NCBI GenBank assembly: GCA_051362555.1
Contig: CM120646.1
Span: 21,576,001 to 21,640,000, forward strand
Origin: Lingula anatina
Lineage: Eukaryota > Animalia > Brachiopoda
DNA: 64,000 nt
Direction of reading: 5' to 3'
Below the pieces are notes generated by a model. The model saw only the letters and a list, made by a program, of their open reading frames with translations. It searched no databases and was not told the DNA's origin. Positions 55,770-64,000 of the stretch are shown in pieces. The position numbers and the translations under genes are program-made. Positions within the stretch are counted from its first letter, which is position 1. Each line of letters starts with the position of its first letter.

Positions 55770-58700
55770 ATGGAGCCGAGTCTCGTGGTTGCCTTCTTGA
55801 TCGTCCCTCTGGTTCTTTTCTGGTCTCTCTACCTGCTATATTCCAAACTGAGCCGCACTTGGGAGAAGCTCTGCAGTCAGTTTGATGGTGCGTATCGCAT
55901 GGGGTTGCAATCGTCCACAAAACAGGTAAGTATTGTACTTTTATTCTAATTCTTTAGTACTCAGCGGGATATAAATAATTTGTTGTCTAATCACTCTCAA
56001 CGTGAAACAAATGCAAAAAGCGTCAATACAAACAAATTTGCTGTAAACTGGTGTGCCGCTAGATAATCTGCCTGCCTACATACAGTAAAAGACAACATGG
56101 CACGTAGGGTAGAAACATCCATTGGCCCTCTTTTTTACCTTATACCAATGTTCCCATCCATATTCAATTAAAATCCTTCATTTTATGATTCCGATTTCAT
56201 ATTCTTTTTCGTGTCTGCGTCAAATTTTATTCTCTTTTACACACAACGTACTTCTGTCTTAATCTTTTTCTATTAAGGCGCACTTGCAGAATTCCCCCAA
56301 AATATAACTCTTTTCATTGCGTATCAAAATTAAAATGTCTTGTGACTTTGATCAATATCTCTGCCACTCAAATGAATTAGATCGGAAATTGACTGACCAA
56401 TTGTTTATATTTTTTCATTAAACCTGCCAGATATTTGACAATACGACTACAGCGTATTACCACACATCCATTGATTTCGGCTCTCATAATACTTGTGTGG
56501 CATAAAGTTTCATGTGAAATCATTGACTCATTAATAAACGAATGGTTCTTCCAATTTATTAGAATAGCAAAGATGTTGCTCAAAGTCATGACACAACTTA
56601 TTTAGAAAATGTATTAAAAATCAAAGGGTTATATGGCAACAACTATTTTGTTCTATAGAAACCACCCGGACCAATGATTGCACCAAATGCCTATCTCCAG
56701 AGAACGTTAAACGACCAAAGACACGTGGTAAATTCTTGTAGAAATTTCTACGTGGAAGCCGATAGAATGTTTCAGACTTTCCAAGAGAGCACTCGATTTA
56801 ATCTGAACTGTCTACGCACGAAGTATCGAAGCCGAATCAGAAAAATGATGAGAGACTTGCGACAAGGCGAATTCAAAATTTTCGTTGCAGGTAGGGAGAC
56901 CGGGGCTGGTTGGACCCCGGGGTAAGTTGGCCATCCGTCAAGTTATGAAAAAGTAACTACGCAGTAAAAACATCCTCACATTATTTTGTAAAGTTACCGT
57001 TTCAATAATGCCAAGAAACGTCGATCATAAAATAGTTTTATTTAGGCGGTGAATCCAAATGAAAGAATTGTACACCTTAAAGTAACTTTATGAAAGAGAT
57101 TTTAAAATCCATTTTTCATAGGCTTTTGATCAAATATAATCCATATTTATGTATAGGGCATCAAAACGAGGCTTATTGTTTCAAGTTTCATAGAAATGTA
57201 TCATCTTAGTCCATTCTAGCACCAAAAATGGCTACAATTCTTTAAAATAAAAGATGTGCACCCGGGACTGGTTGCCCCCTTGACTCGGGGCAAATTGGAC
57301 CCTCATACAGACCATAATCTTTTGCGTGCAACAGAGCTATAGACAATTGTTAAAACAAAGCCATTGGTTTGTTAAATAATTTTTGCATCGATAGAGCGTG
57401 TCTCTTTGGATAAAAAATCTTCTTTTGGCCGAAGGAACATTTATGCCAAGTTAGACATTTGTACTATGAAATGCAGCGTTTGGCCCTTTAACAAGTCTAC
57501 TATTAATATATCTGCCTCATTTGAACTACTTATTCAGCGAAGACTCCTTAAATTCAATTTAATAAAATAAACATTTGTAAAATGTATTTCATGGCATTTA
57601 CAATGGATATCTACTGCATGAGAACTTTCCCCGATCCAGGGGCCAGCTTTCTCTAACTCGTTCCCAGTTGGCTCTACAAGGCTAAAAGTGTCTAATTGGG
57701 CCAACTAGCCCCGGTCTCCCCTACACGTATTTGGTGGAATATCTAGTAGGGAATCTGAAAGACAACGAAAGCAGTCATTGTAGTACATTTACCTTAATCG
57801 AATTAAAATAATAATAATAATAACAATAATAATAATAATAAGGCACAGACAATCATATGGCAACTGGCTGCGCGTAGGAAGATATTCAGAACGGAGCGCG
57901 TGCGCTGAGATGACGTCGCGGTTGAAATTTTGTAAATTTCGCAACCAACGCGGAAATGAAAGAATTAAATTAAATGTGAATAAAATATGTAACCTTTAAC
58001 GGTTTTTAGATTGAATTATTTCATAGTTTGGCATAGGTATCGAGAAGCGCCATTTTTTTTCAAGATTTTTTGTTGAATGTTGGATTAGGGAACCGTGTGA
58101 CCATACTAGAGAGTGTGCAAACTATTCCCGTCAAAATCATAAACTTTGGATGATATTTTAACTCATATCTAAAAATGAAAAAAATTCAGGCTGGCAACTT
58201 TTTTTCTCGCAATATAGTCCCACCCCCTACGAGAGTCATTTTGGGATCGATTTTTTTTCATAAATTCAAAATCGTGAACTTAATTCATTTAAATTTGTGG
58301 ATGTTTCAGTAATCCTTTGAAATCATGAGTAAGAGCATAAACTTTTCTTATCATCTTTACAAAATCACAACTCAAAACGCCCTGGTTTGTTTTTAAAAGG
58401 ATTTTATTTGCAAGGTACGGTTTTTCACGTCAGCCATCGCAGATGTCCAGAAACGGCGCTACTTCGTGGCGCGGACTCACTGAAAAGTTTCAAATAACCG
58501 CCATGACGTTACGTTTTTCAGCCAGTTGCCATATGACTGAGATAATGCAACGAATTCATTTAAAGATGGTACGAAATATCGATATTTTGTGAAGAATGAT
58601 TCAATTTTTAATAACAATATATTTGTTTATAGGAGAACTGTCAGCTGGAAAAAGTAGTTTTCTCAATGCTTTAATGGGGGAAGACGTTTTACCGGAAGCC

Positions 58701-59816
58701 TACCAGAAAAGTACACGAATGTTTTGTGAAATAATCCACCATCCCGTCAAGAAGACGGCAGCCATCTTGCGTCCGAGTGGCGGTCAGGCGGTGACATTAG
58801 ATCTCAGCAAGGAGGAGGACAGATCGGCATTCCAAGACTACGTGCAAGGAGTAAAGATCAATAACGAGCCGCCTTTCATGCCATTTGAAAAGGCGAAAAT
58901 TAAATATCCTCTTCCCATACTTATGGTAATAAGAAATGATTTTTTACGTTATTTGGAGTTCAGTAAGCTTTAGAAAAGTTACGCATCCCGTTTTTGTAAT
59001 CATGTTCCGACCACTTTAAAGGAGCATTCAGATTCAGGCATTGCACCCGATGGATCGATATATCTATTAAAACGCATTCGATTTAATCAGCTTAATTGTC
59101 TAACGTGCACCCCTACTGAGTGCACACGAAATTAAAATATCCCCCTATAGCTGCCCGAAGAGGCGTGACAGATAATTAAGCTGATTATTTTGATTGCAAT
59201 CTACGCAATACTACAATCTGCATATTCTGAATAGAAAGTGCGTATGTCTTATTGTTATTTTCATTCTTATTATCAGGGTAACGCCAGTGAAAACCAACTT
59301 CAACATGATGAGGCAGCAGATGAAAACGATGAAAACGGGGTAAATTATTTTTTTTAGATGCTGACTGTAAATGAATTCGTTCGAATATTTTTCCCTAAGG
59401 TAACAAAATTAATTTGTTGTTGACGTCAAATTATGAAAATACATGTATGTGACTTCATTTGGCTGTCTTTGCCATGGTAAAGGTATACAGTCACAAAACT
59501 GTCAGTTAACAAGGATATTTGTTGAACTGGCAATTATAACTTTGATAATAAATCATATAGGAATGTCTCGCAGGAATAATTTTATTGGCGGTTAGTACAT
59601 GTATATATGCTGATGATGGTCCCACCACTAAGAAAACTAGTTTCTTCGGATATATAGATATTTTGTTTACCAGTTTACTTTCTTTAAATTCAGCAAAATG
59701 ATATATTAATTAAGTTCTTTGGTTTGAACAAACCGGTTAAGGAGATAAAAAATTATATGATATCCTTAAAAAATATTAGGCTTGTGTTTTTTTACATCAC
59801 AAAACTTGCACTGATC

Positions 59817-59847
<31 letters not shown>

Positions 59848-62800
59848 AAATTAGTAAATGTCATCGATCATAGCACTCTTGACCCTACATTTTAGAATGG
59901 GGAACCGGTCACTGTCGCCTTCGTTGACAGCCCTGGTTTTCAAGTCGCTGAAGATGTGGAGACATTTCACAGGCTTGCTGAATACACTCTCAGCTGTTTC
60001 ACTTTCATTTACGTTGTCAACATGGCTATTCCACACGGCGTGGCTAAGAAGGGGGTACGTATGTTTAATGAATTCTAAATAATAAGCAAATATTTAGTTA
60101 TGGAAATTTTATAATTTCGACTGGCCACTTTAATTGTGCTACTGTGTGGTATACATTTCTTTTTTGGCGCTTCACGAATCTCTACATACGATTTTCATTC
60201 TTCAATTTACCTATTACTTATAAATACATTTTACTCTGTGAGTACGTGTCTTGATTTTTCATAAGTTGAATTTGTGTCAGCCTACCTCTAATGTTCCTCC
60301 TTTTCATCACTAGTAAGTATACACGGGCAAGGGAACTGCATAGAAAGTTTAATTCACGAAGTATAATATGCTCTTCAGCAGAGGTGCACTCATTGTGAAA
60401 CCTTTACATGGAATTGAGAAATATTTTGTTCCAAAAAGATAACTTTTCAATTGGTATATACACTAATATCTATTTTAGTGAAATGAATCATAGTTTGTAT
60501 GTACGGTGCACTTGTCTTTCAGCTGGCCAAGCTCATGCGTAAGGTGTCAGGTATGGCGGTTCACAATCGCTCTCGGCTGTTCAATCCAAAATCAGCAATA
60601 TTTATCTGCAACAAATGGGACCTCGTCCCGGAGGCGGAAGAGGACACCGTTTCTAGGACCACCTTTGAGAAGTTACAAGATTCTTGGCCAGGTTTACAAT
60701 CAAGCCGTGTATTTCATGTTTCTACGAAACAGGTATGATGATAATTGGCAGCAGAGAATAGACAGGGAAACGAGAACCCACGGATACGATTATAATTTTC
60801 TCAGTTTAAGTTCAATTAAGTGCATGCATTGGTAACTCTTAGATGTTTACCTTTTTTCATTTTTGCCAACCGATCAATTTTGAATTTGTGTAGATCAAAC
60901 AAAGCAGTAGCAACTTTCTGTGCTATACATTTGATGTCATTGAGAACACTGAACTGATCTTTGCATAGTCACAAAATGCTACAGTATTTTTCGTTTATAT
61001 CATTTAGGTGAAAGAAGCTCACGCACGGGGGGAACAACATGAAGTGTTCATGGATGTCGTTAAATCAATTGCTGATCTTCTTCCAAACGCGGTTCTCTTC
61101 CAAATAGAACACTACTGCCAGTAAGTTTCAATTAAGGCAGTGAAAGTACTAGGAAAAGAAGTAAGGAAAATGTAAAACTATTGCATTAAATTTGGCTTTT
61201 TTTATAGTGACGCATCTCTCTTTCTTAAGATATTTGCTAATAGCTTGTCAATTGTCTTAAGTAGACCTTATTTTTATTTTGGATGGTTTGAAAGCACATG
61301 CGCAAAACCTACCTCAATTATGGCAGCCTCTTAGGGTATTAATCAGTCTCGGTAGACCTTAAGAATATAATATAAGACTATGGTGGCGATCATGACAACG
61401 GCCCAGCCAACTAAAGCCCCACCAGCCCGTTCTGTATAGCCAGATAAGCCAAACTGATAAACACTGGCAAAAAAAAAAAAAATCTTCAAAATCGTGCTTT
61501 ATTTGTATATTTGCTTTACACTATACAGTGTGTATCACGTTTATATATAATCTTAAAAACTTTAAACTTATAATTCTACTTTTTTAGGTGGTTAAAACAT
61601 GTACTCGATGACGGCATATATGTATGTTCTGTTGGCATTAATATGAAGAGACTTTACAACGAACCTGAAGTGCGTACACGCAGGATCCAAGAAACAAGCA
61701 AAAGATTTCAAAACCTGCAAGAAGAGGTAAAAAAGTCGCAAAAAATTAAAGAAGGGGCTTTGAAACAGCTACAGTCGATTTTGGTTGCTGAATTCCGCGG
61801 TGCTTTAGAAGCAGACACGGAGGAAGCACATGCCTTAAATGTGTGGTCTGAGGCAGCGTGTCCTCTCCCCCCGGGACTAGGGCGCACATGGAATACCGTA
61901 AAACAGGAAATCAGTGCCAAGTTACAGATACGACTGGTGGAATACCTGCACCCAGCCAACAACGAGAGATATCGAGAAAAGATCGAGACCCTTAAGGGAG
62001 ATTTTCACCAATCTTTGAAACAAGAATCGGTGCGCTTCGTAGATAAATTGCAAATAATAGAAAGTTACCTTCTCAACGATCCTTGCCCCAAGCGAACCAT
62101 GTTCGTTGATCCCGGCGACATTGCAGACTTGTTTGAAGAAAGTATACCTGAGACGCCATTCACACCATCCCGCCAGAGTTTCTCGATTCATCAACCACAG
62201 CCCAGCCCCAATATACAGGAATACATGGCCAAATGTTTGGACCACTACGTAGAAAGGGTAAAAACCAATCAATCAACTCTTCTGGACCGCCTTTCCCGTC
62301 ACGCCCTTCAGGGCTGTCGGAACGAAATCAACATCACCTACCAACCAATCCTGCAGTGGATAGATGGGAACCTTGAAATTTTACGTCGTCTCAAGCAGGA
62401 CGAAACTTTCACCGCAAGCACCGCCAAACTGCAAGAAGAGCGAACAAAGCTAGAAAGTTTAAGTCGACAGATTCAGACTTTCTATATAGGCCAAGTGTGG
62501 CAACATGAATTTCAAGCTACGGACATTGCCGACTGGCCTAATTTACTGTACACCACTAACCCGGTATCTGACGGAGGGTATAGGAAGGTTTACCGAGCCG
62601 ATATCGTAAAACCTAACAACACAACCTACCCTGTGGTGATCAAAGTGGTGAAGGAGGCACTGGACGTCGATAGTCGTCTGCCAAATGACCTTGACATTTA
62701 TGAAGAATGTGAAAGAATGAGGTAGTGTACATTGAATCTTTCCGTGTTGACTATACCTGTGAACGTCCTCCATTAAATGTGTCGCATGTTAATTGTCAGT

Positions 62801-64000
62801 TTAAACAGATCTTATGAAATTGGCACTCCATATTTATAGAACCACATTGCTTTTGTAGTTAATTTATTGAATGGCAATAATCAGCCATGCAATTATTACT
62901 TTAGACAGCTGACCAGAGCTGGATGTCCAAACTTTGTCCAGTATTATGGTTCGGCCAAATACATCACCGGTGACCTCTACTATTTAATCCTGGTCATGGA
63001 ATGGTGTAACCAGGGGTCACTACGTAACGTCATCACTAACGATTCCAATTTGCTTCCAGGGACTATGCAAGGTTTTATCGTTTTTATTATATTATGCAAA
63101 GTTTTATGTTTTTTTTAATTATTTTTTATTATTATTACCAATTAAAAGATGTGGGTTGGAAATGAATAATGTGAAATTTGCTTGGTTATGATTATTTTAA
63201 AAAAACACAATGCCTATATGCTTAACTGTTAAGTGCTTTACTGATGGTAAAAATTGCTCCTTGACTTTACTATAACGTCTTTGTTAAAGAACTATTAATC
63301 GATTACTCTATCCAGTATAATTTGTCCTGGCTTATAAAATTTAACATCACATATTTTGGGTCATTACATTTGAAGGTGTGGGGAACAAGGAACGCTTAGC
63401 CGGCATCCGGTACGCGGCGGATTACGCGATACAGGCAGCTACCGCTATCCAATACTTACATGATGTTGGACTTGCCCATCGAGATATCAAAGCTGAAAAC
63501 TTTTTGGTACGATTCATAACATCTGTTTTTTTTTAAAGATTTATGTGGTACATTCTTTACACGTTTATTAATTAGTGTACACTTGTTGCTCTGTTGAGTT
63601 TACGTTAGTTTGACTAGTGCATGCTTCTTCATGAATATGATGAAAATACAACAACAACAACAAAAATACAAAATTTAAAAACAGGTATAAAAGTTACAAT
63701 TGTCTTTTGTTTACAAAAAGTAGTTAAAATAATTATGTGGGTTCGATCTAAAACAATAATTATTACTATACAATAAATAGCTTATTGTTTACAGATCACG
63801 GAGATTAAGAACAGAAAAGTTGTAAAAATCTGCGACGTTGGTGAAGCAAAGAGAGATACCGTCTTGCGTACAGGAAAGACAGGTACTGTCCTCTACTGGG
63901 CACCAGAATTGTGGTCTGGCGGCAGTGGCTGCGTGAGATATAACAAGAGTTGTGACATCTACAGCTTCGGGCTCTTGCTCTGGGAGCTCTGGTATGGCAG
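55770..64000 (+). CDS. Membrane-anchored dynamin-like GTPase fused to a TKL-like protein kinase (DSTYK-like architecture), 3' end beyond window
   Basis: Exons 55770-55925, 56659-56890, 58633-58925, 59277-59339, 59896-60054, 60523-60732, 61008-61120, 61588-62721, 62905-63071, 63376-63506, 63795-64000+ splice in frame. N-terminal TM VVAFLIVPLVLFWSLYLLY; G1 GELSAGKS, G2 ST, G3 DSPG, G4 NKWD; helical middle; kinase VVIK, LVMEWC, HRDIKAEN, DVG, GTVLYWAPE, DIYSFGLLLWE. Confidence 0.88.
56894..57721. mobile_element. Tc1/mariner-pogo-like non-autonomous element, TA TSD
   Basis: GGGAGACCGGGGCTGGTTGG ... CCAACTAGCCCCGGTCTCCCC with TA on both flanks (56892-56893, 57722-57723). Confidence 0.75.
57850..58539. 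mobile_element. Non-autonomous TIR element with apparent 3-bp TSD
   Basis: CAATCATATGGCAACTGGCTG / CAGCCAGTTGCCATATGACTG (20 of 21 inverted match); AGA on both flanks. Confidence 0.7.

Noticed and set aside
61708-62773. Minus-strand ORFs opposite the large GTPase-kinase exon
   Set aside because: Antisense shadows without motifs.

Overview
AT-rich, intron-rich animal DNA with GT-AG introns, microsatellites and many DNA transposons; most likely a marine invertebrate, but the taxon cannot be fixed from sequence alone. The left ~37 kb holds three conserved housekeeping genes rebuilt exon by exon: IDH3B (+), FBXL2/FBXL20 (+) and TPK1 (-). The right ~26 kb holds three accessory-type genes: (1) a secreted protein joining a prohormone-like N-terminus, one EGF domain and an ALK/LTK-type glycine-rich ectodomain with no TM or kinase (-); (2) a single-exon NXPE/PC-esterase-like type II membrane protein (-); (3) a membrane-anchored dynamin-like GTPase fused to a TKL-like kinase that runs off the right edge (+). 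Mobile DNA includes a decayed ISL2EU-like element with interleaved antisense transposase and exonuclease genes, a decayed Sola3-like element, a 930-bp foldback element with a 6-bp TSD, several MITE families, a HINE-like element and two LINE fragments. Exon boundaries were read by eye; family assignments rest on recognised motifs, not database searches.
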